Shown in pieces: positions 1 to 35,600 of a stretch of 64,000 nucleotides of DNA. The DNA comes from Macrostomum lignano (lineage: Eukaryota): contig NIVC01002426.1 in assembly GCA_002269645.1 (NCBI GenBank), positions 62,001 to 126,000 of the forward strand, given 5' to 3'. A program made the position numbers and the translations under genes. The notes beneath the pieces were generated by a model that was not told where the DNA came from, searched no databases, and was given only the letters and a program-made list of their open reading frames with translations. The first letter of the stretch is position 1. Each line of letters starts with the position of its first letter.

Positions 1-90
1 CGAATGCTCTGAAAGTTGTAAGACAGTGGATTTCTAAGCAACAAGTGGCAACCTAAACTGTTTTCTTTGAAATAAAGCCGGAAAACTTAC

Positions 91-20997
<20,907 letters not shown>

Positions 20998-23612
20998 TTT
21001 TCCGCACCTCTGAATATTAGTGTTGATTGAATTTTTGATTCAATAGCTTGACAGGGACGACGGGAACTAAACAGCTGGCCAGGTGTGAATAGACTTGATT
21101 GGCACACCTGTGAGGTCGCTATAGCCGACTAAAGATTGATTGCGGCTATATACAGCAGGCGCTGCTTCACTCAACTGTCAGTCTGCTCACTCCCGTTTTT
21201 GATCGGGCCTGTCAGTAGGCTTCTGAGATTTTGAGAGTCGAAAGATTCTGCGCGGAAGAGAATGCATGGGGATGGGGGTTGTTGGTTAAATTCTTCCCGA
21301 TTGCCTCGCAGCAAGGGGGAGACGAGACGGACTGAAGCCGAGGATTGAAGCGACTGTCGAACGGAGGGGAAGAAAGACAGGCAGGGATGGGAGAGTCTGG
21401 GTAGGCGAACGAGCGACCGAGGCGAGGGGACGGATGGAGATGGTGAAGCTGGGATTTTTTGGGACGGAGCGAATGAAAACCGGCGGGTTGTGAGGAGCGA
21501 GGAGCTGCGGTATGGGAGGATGGGTGAATCGATTTGAGATGGACTTGGAAGGCTGGTCGCTATTCACTCCCACACACCCCTCCTCCCGACGCCAGTATAA
21601 AATTGCTGAGTGCGCACGCTGGCTGCGCTGCTCAAATAGAGTACAGGGGTACTGAGCGATGGGGCAGAGAGAACTTTGAGTCCCGCAGGGTAGGCAGATT
21701 CCGCTTTAGACCAACCAGTTTGCAATATAGACGCAGTTGCAAACGGATGGAGGTGGATTTTCCGAAGCCGATGATGATGGTTGGGGAGGGGGAATGGGGA
21801 TGGCGCTGTTTGGCACAGCTGCTAGTGGAGGATCCCGAGTTGCAGCCGTAGGGTGGGTAGTGTAGGAGCGGATTGGGAACTGCTCCAGAGTCATTGGGTA
21901 AGAAAACTGCGGGGGGCAGATCGGGAGGACCTGGTCACATAAAAAAACTGTTCATAGGAGCAGCCTGTATACACACCCATCTGACAATGCTTCTCGCAAA
22001 TCATCCACCCATGTGCATACGAGATTGCTTATTTGTAGATACGTATAGTATGACTAGCAAACCATGTATTGAATGTTAACCAATCCATGGACAACTGCAG
22101 TAGTAGAAGGGCACTACACTTGATTTTCTAAAGCGGGTAATTGAAACGTCATATCGCCAGTGGATTTATAGTAAATTAAGTATGTGCTCGAAAAATCCGA
22201 TCACAGATTCTACATGTATATTACATGTATACCTTAGACATATCTAGATGTGTCACTCCTTAACATTCGCTAATGTACATTCACGTCCGTCCCCGAGGCG
22301 CCCTGAAAACCCAGGCGTTAGGGCATATATCGCAGAGAAGTCCCATGAAGGAACATGTAATATATATCTGTGCATGAATCAGATTTTTCTAGCGCGGGCT
22401 TTATCTTAAACTCATTTGTCTATGGTTGAAGCCCATTCAGCGCTATGCGTTTTCTAGTAGAACTTATCCTCAAAGGCGTCATACCTGCGCTTATGACGCA
22501 GGTATTTGTCTTCTAAAAAGTGGAATCGATTCTCACTCGACTCTTTTGTGGCCAGGCGTTCCTATTTCACAAATTATCTTATGGGGCATGTGTTGATGTC
22601 TGCACATGAAGTCTTTTGGAGCAGCGAATTTTTTTGGCATCCCGGCCTAGCTCGATCTCCATTTCTGCATGGCCTCTGAATGACACGGCATTAATTATGG
22701 TACACATTGCTAATTTACATTTTACAATGTACACTTAATTCTTGAATAAAAACTACTATTATTCATCACTGATTAAAAACACAAGTAGTAAATTACACGG
22801 TAGATGTGCAAATGAATGCATAAAAAAGATAAGAAATTTGTTTTCAACTTTTGACATCAATTACATTCAACTTATTTCTTCAAGCAATTTTTCACTTGAT
22901 CGCCCTTGAATCTCAATTCCCTCTCCTTCACGTGCAATTTGCCATCTCAAAACAATGTTATGTAGAAAATAAAATACATACATGTAGCTTCAGTAGCTGG
23001 GGTGCTTGCTTGTTAAACAACTTTTAACAAACGGATGTTTTCTTATTTCCATTTGTTTTCTTACATTTAGTTTGACACCGGGAAGTACTGTTACTTTTTT
23101 AGTTTTACTCTGTATTCAGCGACCTGGATATTGCAACTAGCAATTAGACTTTTTAATTACTTAACACGTAACATTGTCCAAACATTCTGAGCAATTCAAT
23201 AATCCCAGAATTCTTAAAATATTCTCATTAAACTAGAGGAGTAGTTGACGTATTATGCTTATAAACGATTTATAAAGTATTTTAAACAAATTATTTTTAA
23301 TTATTTCCTATAAAAGCATTTATGCCTTTGTCGTTGGCAAAAAAAGATTAAAAACTAAAGTTTGACATACAATGAACATTATTTACTGTATTTTGTAAGC
23401 ATTCAGTCAATAAGTTCAAATCTTCAGGCCACCACACTTTTCACTGCTTGCTTGCTTGCTGGTTGCTTTCTCGCAGTGGCTGTCCAGTCGAACCTTATTA
23501 ATTAAAAATTGTAATAAGAGCTTGGTTTTCGTTACAAAATTTTCAGCGGGGTGTGTCTAAGTAGTGTGCTACTTTTCTTTATTTACAGCATATTATTAGT
23601 CTCTTTGGAAAG

Positions 23613-26600
23613 ATGGTGGAACACGGGGACTTTGCTTCTAACTCTCTGAACAATCATCAAAGTGACTTCTGCACACTTTTAAATGGTTTGCAAAGTATGC
23701 ATAATGAAGAGAGAACAAATGCAGAGGTAACCAGTTATTTTCTTATTTTTCTTGCATTAATTGATGAGCTTATTCATTTTTTGCAATGCTAAAATTTAAG
23801 TAGTATATAACAATGGCATTTTTTTATAGAAAAGACAGACTAATGTCTTTTAAAGTTGTTGTTTGCCCAGTTTCTAGCTGCTAATAAGATACGTGTGGGT
23901 TTTCTGACAATATTTTTTCTTTCAAATGGATAATTAAAACAAAAATAAATTAATGTTTTGAGATTTGAGATGTTTCAAGATGGCCTTGCCCGGTACCCCT
24001 CAGTCTGTAGCTAGGCTGGACTGGTGTTTTCCACCAACAGGTGTTTGCTGACCCCTGAGCCAGCATCTGTTTCATAATAATAATAAATAATGTTTTGAGA
24101 TACTTTTCTCACTTTGATGCCATATTTAGCTTTAAAATTTAAAATATAAATTTTATGTGTAGAAATTTTCTGTTATAAAGAAAAAAACAATGGTATAAAT
24201 GCAGTTTGTCAAAAGATGAATTCAGTAGCACCCCTTATAAACACATTTTGGAAGTCAAATATCTTGGGAAATACAAAAGACTGCATAGTTGTAGTTTTGT
24301 TGATTAAAATATTTTAACTCTAAAAAAGTAATCTATTATGGTCCAGTCTAAATATTTATGATCTTTAAAAAGTTGATAAATAACAAATAACTAAAAATAA
24401 AATCTTAAATTTAGCAAGGCTAACCTACATAACCAAAAATATTGCCTCAATATCGTGTAGTAATTGCCTAACATCCCATCTTTGATTTGCTTCAATATCG
24501 CCCAATATTGTCTATTCACCAGGTTTGTCTATCCATATAGAGTTGCCATAATATTGCCAAATGATATTGCCTGGTGATGGCTTTCCAAGTGCCTAGCAAT
24601 AGCCAAACAAAAAAATAAGTCATTTTTTATGTATATATTTGAACGGAATTTATTTTATTCTTCATATTCCATTTTGGCATTTCAGTCTATTAAAGTTGTT
24701 AATTTTCACTTCAATCTTTTTATTTTCAAAACATTCATTGTTATTCCCGATGGTTGCATGCAATAACAGCCACGTGGCACATGGCGTGCCCTTTAATACA
24801 AACTAGGCAAATGGCATTTATGTTAGAAATGGCTTAATTAGACCATTAATGATTTTGCTAACAATCCCAAATCACTCGTTCTCCTTGGCTTTGTACTTCC
24901 ACGTTAGGTCCAAGGCATAAAAAAAGACATGCTTTATGTCTGAGTTCACTTGTGCCTTGGTCATATTCAGGTGGCTGTTTTTTAAGGCTAGCTATATAAG
25001 ACTATGCATAGCAGAATCTTTAAAGCGCCGCTTGTCCTTTGTTCCTTTGAACGTAAACTTTGTGAGCACATTGGGATCAAAGAGACGGCAGAGGAGCTGG
25101 CAGGTAGCCTCTTGGGAAGTCCTTCTGCCAAGTCTTAAGAGCTGCTGAGCCTGCAATTGATCAAGTGTGGTAAAGTCAAGTTAGAATGAAGCCCACAGTT
25201 ATACGCGTAATAAATCTAGCAATTAAAAATACCAAGTTTTAGTAACGAGAAACCTACCTATATGCATTTTGGAAGCACAAAAAGTCAATACTATTCATCT
25301 TTACCAATTTGACCAATTTTCTTTCTTCTGCAGCCAAGCATTTAGCTGATCAATTCTGGCATCGCCATTGATGAGAATGCTGAATGGTAGATCCTTAGCA
25401 GCCAAATGTGGATAAGGGTCTCTGTTAGCTGACGTGCTATGCCATCTACAATTGTCCGAAATGTGGCTAGCTCGCAGAGCACATGTCTTTCAAATGCTGC
25501 AAAAAAGAATTGATCTCACATAAACTGCCTCGTATCATTGTCCAATGATTGTAATTTACTATCAGCAGCAAAAAGCTACATGTTTTGGAAGCAGAACTCA
25601 CATGACAATTCTATTTGCATTTCTGAACACCATGATATGCAACGCTGACTACCTACATAGGTGCATTGGCTGGTTCAGAGTTCTGACCTGCAGAATAGAA
25701 CAGAGAGAATTGAGAAAACAAATTTAAAACTTGAGAAATAGATGCATGTAGTTGGCACTTACTTGAATCAAGTTGAGAATAGACTTCAGAGGCTTCAATT
25801 TCTTCCCTTAGAGTTAAGAATGAGGTTGGCATACGTTGCTCCAACTCAGTAGATGCTAAAGGCATTGAAGTTGGAGCTGATTCTAAAGCTGACGCTGACA
25901 TTGGAGCTGATGCTAACGCTGGAGCTGATGCTGAAGCTGAAGCCAAGACTGAAGGTAAAGCAAAAGTTGACCCTGAAATACAGGGGAAAGAAGGTAGATC
26001 TCTCAAACCAGAATTCAGATTTGCATGCTTAGGAGAATTTTCTTCAGAATTGGATTCATTGTCAGAACTCGATTCCATCCTCTTTTTTCGTTGCCTATTG
26101 TCTTCCTTTATGAAGTGCTTGGTCTTCAATCTTCTTCTCTTGTTGAGATCAGTACTTTTGATTTCACCATCTTTAATGTAGTGGCTGAGTCTTTGTTGCA
26201 CATAAAGTTCATCTGCTGAAATGGGTTGGTTATAAAGATGTGGAGTAAAAGTCAATCACCTTTGACTTGAATTGATCATTTGGTGCAGGTAGTACTTATA
26301 GCATTCAGACAGCAAGACAAAATGGTGTCTTTCCCATGTCTCTTCAGGGGTAAAAGCTTGGGTATGCAAGGACTCTAGTTTGGAGCTAGAAACTGATGGC
26401 CATAAGCACTACGTGAGCCTAATCATCCATGCCTCTGGAACATACTCCACTAACTTTAGACTTGAGTCTACATTGTTTTGGAACTCAATGACCAGATACA
26501 TCTGAAGAGTAAGACTTCATTGGTGTACAACATTGATGAATACTGGGAATGCTGCCATTTTTTAACCAATAGGCAAGACACAGGCCTTGCATTTTATGAA

Positions 26601-29600
26601 ACAGATAGGCAAGGCTATAAAATTATGTGAGAGTGAGGCAATAAAAGAGATGTTAGTTTTTATTGAATCAAATGGATCAATATTTTAATTTTTGATATTG
26701 TTTTTTTAATAATTAAATGCATAGAAACTTTTTGTTCTTGCCAAAAAATTGCTATAATGCACAATTTGCAGTGCATACTCTCAATCTTCGTCATTCCATG
26801 GATTCGAGTGGGATACTTGCCCTCAAATATTGCACTTGCAATTCAATCTCTCATGGCAATTCTTTATATGACCTAGCGGCTTTCCAAAAGGGGGACTGTA
26901 TAATGGCAAATGGTTATCACGCTGCGATAGATTGGTGAGAATTTTGCGCATCGCATGGTAAATATAAATATATCAAGGTGATACTTTGGCAAATCCAAGG
27001 CAACCTTTTCTATACGAAAATGAATATTATGGTTGCTTTTTAATAGATTAAAACTCACTTTTATGGCATAATTTGAATTCAACTGCAAGTATAAAAACAA
27101 TGCAATCTTATTAAATGTAGCAACATCGCCTTGGTATTAATTGGCGATATATTGCCCCTTACAGCCCAGCAGGGAGTGAGCAATATCAAGGCAATTTTTT
27201 GGTTATGTGGGAAGCTATGTGCCATGCATAGGACTTTGTAAGCCCTATTTGACATTTTTGCCATAGACTATTGCAGCTTTCAAGTGTATATTCCAGTGTA
27301 TATTAAGATACATTATAGCAAGTTTTGAAGCCACACTCTAGATCATATAGTATATGCCCAAAAATTGAGGCATGTATTGGCCTTATACTCCAAAAGTAGG
27401 AAGATTAGAAAAGTTCATTTTTAAGCATAAATTTCAATCTCTCTAAGTTTTTTAAGCTTGTAATAAAACATTTAAACAAATCTTTGTGTGTATTGATTTT
27501 CTGCTGTATATAGCATTGCCAAAAAAGCATAAAAATTAACCAAAGTATTTGCCAAAAAAATTCCATTACGCAATTTAAAAAAGGTCATTTATTGTTACAA
27601 CAGGGGCATAGTTTTGAGAATAAGTGTGCATTCACTTTTTTAGTATACATTTCTGATTATTTAATTCTTGTTTAGGTGTGCACCTAGCATGATCCAGACT
27701 ATGGTTTTTAAGCATATAATTATTACTTAATCAGGTTTAAGTTCCTTAAAAATACTTTCTTGTACTCAAAGTAGTTTGTAGATTACTTTTCTAGAGTCAA
27801 AATAATTTAACAAACAAAACTACAGTTATGCCTAAAAGACAATCATGTGTCTAAGATGTCATTGCAAAGCTGAGACATGTGTCAAAAAGTGATAAAAGTT
27901 TCAGAGCAAATGATTGAAGGATAGAGATGCAGCAATAAATCAAAGTTTTAGTTGATCAACAATCTTCAACCATGATCAACTGGGTACCAGTCATTTTGAT
28001 AACAAATCATTTTGGTAACAAACATTCTGGTGACAAATAGTAATTTTGGTAATAAGTTGCTTTTGTTACAAACATATAGTCATAAGTATAGTATATATTA
28101 ATAAGTATAGTCATTTTAATGACAGGAAGTGCTTCATAACCATAATCCTGATCAACCAAAACTTTGATTTATTGCTGCATCTCTATGCTTCAATCCATAG
28201 TCCAGATCATGGCAGGTGTATGCTAAAATTAAAATTCTTGTTTTTTATATTTTTAAGTTTCTGACAGTCAGGCTATGGAACAGCCTTTATAGAAGCTGCT
28301 AATAGTCTTTTGTAGCATTGGTGGCAATCAAGGCTGCTGTAATAATCAAGGCACAAAAGAGCTTGCAATTCAGTTCCATGAACTCTACTAAAAAGTGGGC
28401 AGATGTGCTAAAGTTGTCTGGCTCTAGTGGCTAAATGCTGCAAGATATTTATGTCAATTTTTATTATGGTTACAAATATTGTTCTATTAGCCTATTAAAA
28501 TTCAAGCTAATAGGACAAACAGCAGAGGTATGGCTACAAAATGTCATAGTGCTCTCTGTATTGACTTAATGATAGAATTTTAAATAGAGAAGCTTAACCC
28601 TTTAACAACTTTGGTGGCAGTAGTTTGATTATCTTGAAAGGCAAAGGAAATATCCCTTTAACAACTTAAAAAGCAGAAGTGGGATTCAATAAGGCAAAAC
28701 AGAGGCATTTAATATAATAACTTGAAAAAAATCTATGCAAGCTTAAATGTCTTTTTGAATAATATTTTCAATCTATAATTTTGTTCTTAGATTAAGATAT
28801 AATTTTAAGATATAATTCTATAGAATAATAAATATAAAAAGGTCTAACTTTATGGATTAGGAACTTTAAGTCTAACAAGTAGTCATTTTGATCTTAAGTT
28901 GCTTTTATGATAGATACAATGGTAAAAATGAGAGATTTGGTAAGTAGTCATTATTAGATAATTACTAGCCATTACCTATTGTTATTTAGTGACAAGTGAT
29001 ACTTTACAATATCATTTATATATGCAAAACCTAGCCAACCTACAAGTAGCTAGCAAGGAAAGGGCCTAGCCAAGGTAAATTGCACAAATGACTATCTAAA
29101 ACAGACAAAAATACTAATTTAGCCTAATAATATAGTCATAGTCTTGCTATTTATTCTAATTTATAATGTTCATTTTTGCTTAGGTTTCTTTCATATATAA
29201 GTCATATTTTTGGTCAGAAATTAAGTTGCATAGCTTGTGTAAAATATTTATAAGCCAGAAAATCTACCAAAATAAAAAGATTGCAATACATAAAGATTGG
29301 CAAAATAATTTTTGCTTGCAAACATAATGGCTATTACTAAAAGAGTCTTATTTGTTGCTAAATTTTTTTTGCTTGTTACCGAAACAACCCTGATTTGAAT
29401 AAGTTTCAAAATATGCAATAGGTACAAAAAATAGCCTTAGCATGTTAATGAGTCTTAACAACAAACTTACCACTGCATATCAAGTTTTAAAAGGTTTTAA
29501 AAGTTTTATGCAAAGTTAGTGCATAAAAAGAAAAGTAAATCCAATATTGCTACACGTTGTAAATGGGATAAAAGGATTGAGACATTCCAGCTTTAAATCC

Positions 29601-32600
29601 AACCTAATGCCACCAACTATAAAGATTTAAAATATTTTAGGTTTTGTACTATGCATAATGTCTCTTGGTCTAAACTGGAATTTTGGAAAAAAAACCCAAC
29701 AAAGACAGAAAATTCACTAATTGTCTTGCCTGAACTCTTAGGTAAGGCAGGCTAAATGTCACACTGTGATTCACTACTTTTTTATTCAAAAGTATGCTAA
29801 ATGTCTCCAGACTTCTAACTGGAATTGATTTAGCACCTGGCACAAATTTTAATGTGCTAATTGTCCCTGAACTCTTAAATTGCCTAGTAATGACTAATAC
29901 TACTTCTGGCAAAACTTATCCTAAATAACTTCGATCTGCAGTAGCTAGGGGAAAATGGTCTAAGGCTAACTGTTATACAAGTAATTGCACAAACCAGAGT
30001 GTCGCCCTGAGATGGTCTGAAAGAGATAATTAAGCTTTCTTAATATATATATATATTGCTGAACCTTTCCAATAATAGTACTTCCCAATAGACAAAATAG
30101 ACAAAATGCTAAGTTCTAATAGGGTTGGCTTTAAATAATTATAAATTTTTAATTGTTTCTACTTTCAATAATCAATAATTACTTGTTTAATTCACAAGAA
30201 TTAGTTAACTATTATGCAGATATTTGTGATCTTACATGAATTTTGCCTACCATGAAGCACTTAATAGAATAAGAACAAAGTAAAATACTTGGCCTCCTGT
30301 GCCCTTACTAACGCAGTCTGTTAGACTATATAATATTCTGAGGCTTCGAATCTAACGCCACATAGTCTAACATTTCATGATTTGAGTCAAATATATAATC
30401 GATGACTCTTAAAACAAGCTTAGAGTCTTGATTGATTGATCCAAAATCATCTTAGGAATTATAAACTTGAGTTAGACAAAATATTAACACAAATAAGGCT
30501 CAAATATAAAAATCTGAATCGAAGAGTTTTTGCTGTTTTTCTTGTTTCGTCAAACCTCTACTACTTTAAGTAAAAATATAAATCAATGCAGTTTTATTAT
30601 AAGAAACTTGACTACTCGCATTGTAGACTCAGTATGAGCAGATCCCTGCTCAGACTCGGCTTGGCCTACTGCTGCAAAGCATGTCGACTGGCCAGACAAC
30701 GGAGCTGCGCTCATTCTCCGCTGTTCTATTGCGTCGCCTACTAGTTAAAAATCTAGACGAAGCCTACGAACAATTGAATCCAACCGATCAGGCTAGCGTT
30801 CGTCAACAATTGTTGCTATGCGTTACTAACGAGCCGGATGCGTCTGTGCGCAGGAAGGCAGCAGATGCGGCAGCTGAGATGGCTCGCAATATTGGCGACG
30901 TTGCTGCTAGCGGCAATGACAGCAGCAACGCCTGCGGCTGGCCCGAGTTTGTCCAGCTGGCTGCTCAGTGCGTGCATAGTGGTCAGCCGGCTACTCAGCA
31001 GATTGGATTGCATCTGCTTGCTCAGGTGTGTCTCATTGCCTAACTATGCATGCACGCAGGGATACCTATGTCGGGTGTACAGTAGCTCTGGCTTTGTCAG
31101 GCAATGTGTAAATTTTGTCTCTTGGAGGTTTGCGCTATAGTCAAATTACTCTCAATCGCCTCAATCATTTAAAAATCGCCTCAACTCTTCAAGAATCGCC
31201 CAGCCCTTCAAGAATCGCCCAGCCCTTCAAGAATCGCCCAAACCCTTCAAGAATCGCCCAAACCCTTCAAGAATCGCCCAAACCCTTCAAGAATCGCCCA
31301 AACCCCTCAAGAATCGCCCAAACCCTTCAAGAATCGCCCAAACCCTTCAAGAATCGCATCAAAGTCTCAGGTAAAACTCTGCTACAACCCAGCTTAAACT
31401 TTCATATCGCAGGTGCCCAGCGCGTTCTCCCACCCGGCCAGCCTGCCCTTGGTGCACCAGCTGCTAGACAAAGCCGTCTCCGACGCCGGCAGCGCCGCTG
31501 TCCGCTCCGCCGGTGTGAAAGCCGCCTGCGCTTTCCTCGTAGCCAACGAAGAAGAGGAGGGCACGTTGAACCAGATGCGGGATTTGCTGCCGCCGATGCT
31601 CCGCGGCCTAGCCGAATCAATCGTGACTCCCGAGTCTGACGACGCCTCAGGCGACGAGGACGCTGTGCTGAAAGGCTTTGTCGAATTGGCCGAAGTGCTG
31701 CACAAATGGTTGCGGCCTCAGCTAACCCAACTAATTGAACTGTGCGTACAAACTGTCGGCAATCAACAGCTGCCGGATTCGAGGCGCCACCTGGCCCTGG
31801 AGTTGGTTGTCACTCTGTCTGAGAATGCTGCCGCTTCTGTACGCAAAGCGGGAGCTGGCAAAGTTGGCGCTCTAGTGCAACAGGTGCTCATGCTAATGAC
31901 CGATCTAGAAGACGATCCGGAATGGGCTCTGCAGGTATGTAGTCGCGTGTTAATATAGTCTTGAACTTAATTCCGCCCGTTTGAGCACATTTAAATCCGC
32001 TCTTTTAAGCACACTTATATCCGCCCTTTTGAGAACACTTGAATCCGCCCTTTTGAGCACAGTTAAAACCGCTCTTTTGAGCACACTTACATCCGCTCTT
32101 TTGAGCCCACAAATCCGCCCTTTTGAGCACGCTTAAATCCGCCCTTTTGAGCACAATTAAATCCGCCCCGTTTGAGCACACTTATATCCGCTCTTTTGAG
32201 CACACTTGATAAATCCACCTTTTTGAGCACACTTAAATCTACCCTTTTGAGGACACTTAATTAATCTGTCGTTTTGAGCACACCTAAATCCGCCCTTCTG
32301 AGCACATCTAAATCGGTCATTAAGCACACCTAAATCGGTCATTAAGCACACCTAAATCCGTCATTAAGCACACCTAAATCCGTCATTGAGCACACCTAAA
32401 TCCGTCATTAAGCACACCTAAATCCGCCCTTCTGAGCACACCTAAATCGGTCATTAAGCACACCTAAATCCGTCGTTAAGCACACCTAAATCGGTCATTA
32501 AGCACACCTAAATCGGTCATTAAGCACACCTAAATCCGTCATTAAGCACACCTAAATCGGTCATTAAGCACACCTAAATCGGTCATTAAGCACACCTAAA

Positions 32601-35600
32601 TCCGTCATCAAGCACACCTAAATCCGCACCTAAACACTTAAAAATTAGGAAAACAAAGACGAAGACGACGACGACGAATCGAACGCCATCAACGGCGAGA
32701 CCGCTCTTGACCGGCTGTGCTGCGGCCTTGGCGGCAAAGCTATGCTGCCGCACATTCTCGAACTGGTGCCGCACATGCTGCGCAGTCCAACTTGGCAGCA
32801 CAGGCACGCCGCTCTGATGGCCGTGTCAGCCTGCGGCGAAGGCTGCCACGCCCAGATGGAGAGCATGCTAGACAACGTACTGGCCGCCGTGCTGCCATTC
32901 TTTCAAGATCCCCATCCGAGAGTTCGCTACGCCTGTTGCAACGCTGTTGGCCAGATGTGCACCGATTTTGGCAAAATCATGCCAAAAAAATTTCACGCGC
33001 AAATTGTACCGAATCTGCTCAGACTGTTTGATGACTATGCTAATCCGCGGGTTCAGGTTGGTGTTTGAGTTTTTATTGTGCCACAAAAAACATCGCATCT
33101 AGCTTTAAAGAATCGCTTCTATAACAAAAAAATCGCCTCTACCTCTAAAGAATCCGCTTTTATCCCTAAAGAATCGCCTCTACCCCTAACGAATCGCCTC
33201 TGTCCCTAAAGAATCGCCTCTACCCCTAAAGAATCGCCTCTACCCCTAAAGAATCGCCTCTACCCCTAAAGAATCGCCTCTACCCCTAAAGAATCGCCTC
33301 TACCCCTAAAGAATCGCCTCTACCCCTAAAGAATCGCCTCTACCCCTAAAGAATCGCCTCTACCCCTAAAGAATCGCCTCTACCCCTAAAGAATCGCCTC
33401 TACCCCTAAAGAATCGCCTCTACCCCTAAAGAATCGCCTCTATCCCTAAATAATCGCCTCTATCCCTAAATAATCGCCTCTATCCCTAACGAATCGCCCC
33501 TATCCCTAAAGAATCGCCTCTATCCCTAAATAATCGCTTCTATCCCCAAAGAATCGCCTCTATCCCTAAAGAATCGCCTCTATATCTATAGAAACGCTTC
33601 AGCCTTTAAGACAATCGTCTCGACCTTTATATTATCGGATAGAATTACAAAAAAAATCAGAAGAAGCCAGACTCTATAAAATCAGCTAAATTACTCCGCC
33701 ATCTTCACCATAACCAAACAGGTACACGCCTGCGCAGCCATGGTAAACTTCAGCGAAAGCTGTCCAAAATCCATTCTAACAATCTACTTGGACAGCCTAA
33801 TTAGCAAGCTGGAACAAATTCTAAGCACCAAGTTCCAGGAGCTGGTGCAGAAAGGCAACAAAATGGTTATTGAACAGGTTGTCACTACTCTGGCCTCGGT
33901 TGCCGATACAGCCGAGGAAAAATTCATCCAGTACTACGACAAGTTCATGCCCTGTCTAAAGTACATCATGGAAAATGCCGTACAGAAAGAGCTGAGCCTG
34001 CTACGCGGCAAAACTATCGAGTGCATCTCGCTGATTGGCCTGGCTGTTGGTAAAGAGAAATTCCTTGCCGACGCGTCTGCTGTTATGCAAATGCTGCTCA
34101 GGACTCAAACTGATCATCCACTGGCTGAGGACGATCCTCAGGTGCGAATCTACTTTTGTTTTCTATTATAGTTCTCTTTAAAGATAGATTTCTTTCTTTC
34201 ATCCACCTATCTAGTGACATTTCTATCCCATAAAATGGCACTTCTAATGGCACCTGTGTAGGCTATGAAATGGCACTTCTAGTGGCACCTGTGTAGGCTA
34301 TGAAATGGCACTTCTAGTGGCACCTGTGTAGGCTATGAAATGGCACTTCTAGTGGCACCTGTGTAGGCTATGAAATGGCACTTCTAGTGGCACCTGTGTA
34401 GGCTATGAAATGGCACTTCTAGTGGCACCTGTGTAGGCTATGAAATGGCACTTCTAGTGCCACCTGTGTAGGCTATGAAATGGCACTTCTAGTGGCACCT
34501 GTGTAGGCTATGAAATGGCACTTCTAGTGGCACCTGTGTAGGCTATGAAATGGCACTTCTAATGGCACCTGTGTAGGCTATGAAATGGCACTTCTAGTGG
34601 CACCTGTGTAGGCTATGAAATGGCACTTCTAGTGGCACCTGTGTAGGCTATGAAATGGCACTTCTAGTGGCACCTGTGTAGGCTATGAAATGGCACTTCT
34701 AATGGCACCTGTGTAGGCTATGAAATGGCACTTCTAATGGCACCTGTGTAGGCTATGAAATGGCACTTCTAATGGCACCTGTGTAGTCCATTAAATAGCA
34801 CTTTTATTGGCACCTGTGTGGTCCATAACTAGCACTTTCAGTGACGTCATTCTAGCCTCTAAAATTACTGCCTCAACTAGCGTCTGTCTCGCGCCTAAAA
34901 GGTCACTTCTAATGGTGTCCTCTAGTGGCATTCATATAGCGTCGAAATGACACTTCTCATAGTCATTCTCCCGGCCCACCTCGCCGCCACAGATGACCTA
35001 TATGATTTCGGCCTGGGCTCGTATGTGCAAAATCATGGGTCGCGAGTTCGAGCCCTACCTACCCCTAGTAATGGGCCCGGTAATGAAAGCGGCGGAGATC
35101 AAGCCCGAAGTGTGCATCATGGACTCCGAGGAGGTGCAGAACGCCGAGCAGGATCCCGAATGGCAATTTATTAAGCTGGCCGACGAGCAGAACTTTGCCA
35201 TCAAGACTAGCGGCCTGGAGGACAAGGCCAACGCCTGTCAGATGCTTGTCTGCTACGCCAGAGAGCTGCGCGAAGCTTTCGCTCCCTACACGGAGCAGGT
35301 GGCTCAGCTGATGGTGCCGCTGCTGAAGTTCTACTTTCACGACGAGGTTCGTTCGGCCGCTTGCGAATCGCTGCCGCATCTGCTGGAGTGCGCCAGGTCG
35401 CAGGGTGAGTAACCTGCGAATGGTAGTTTATACCTACTATAATATCCATCCTGATCCTTGATCCTCTTCCTCATCCTAGATCCCCATTCTGATCCTAGAT
35501 CCTCACGTCACTCTGCTCCTAGATCCCCCACTCTGCTCTTAGATTTCCATTCTGCTCCTAGATCCCCAACCCCAATCCTGATCATGGATCCCCATCCTGA

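Noticed and set aside
22280-22720. Coding-like minus-strand sequence with multiple stops (...FLEDKYLRHKRRYDAFEDKFY...)
   Set aside because: Probably a decayed mobile-element fragment, but I recognise no diagnostic motif, so it is not called.
23985-24085. Short GC-richer segment ending in an (ATA)n tail in IPO5 intron 1
   Set aside because: It could be a retroposon 3' end, but there is no second copy or recognisable family in the window.
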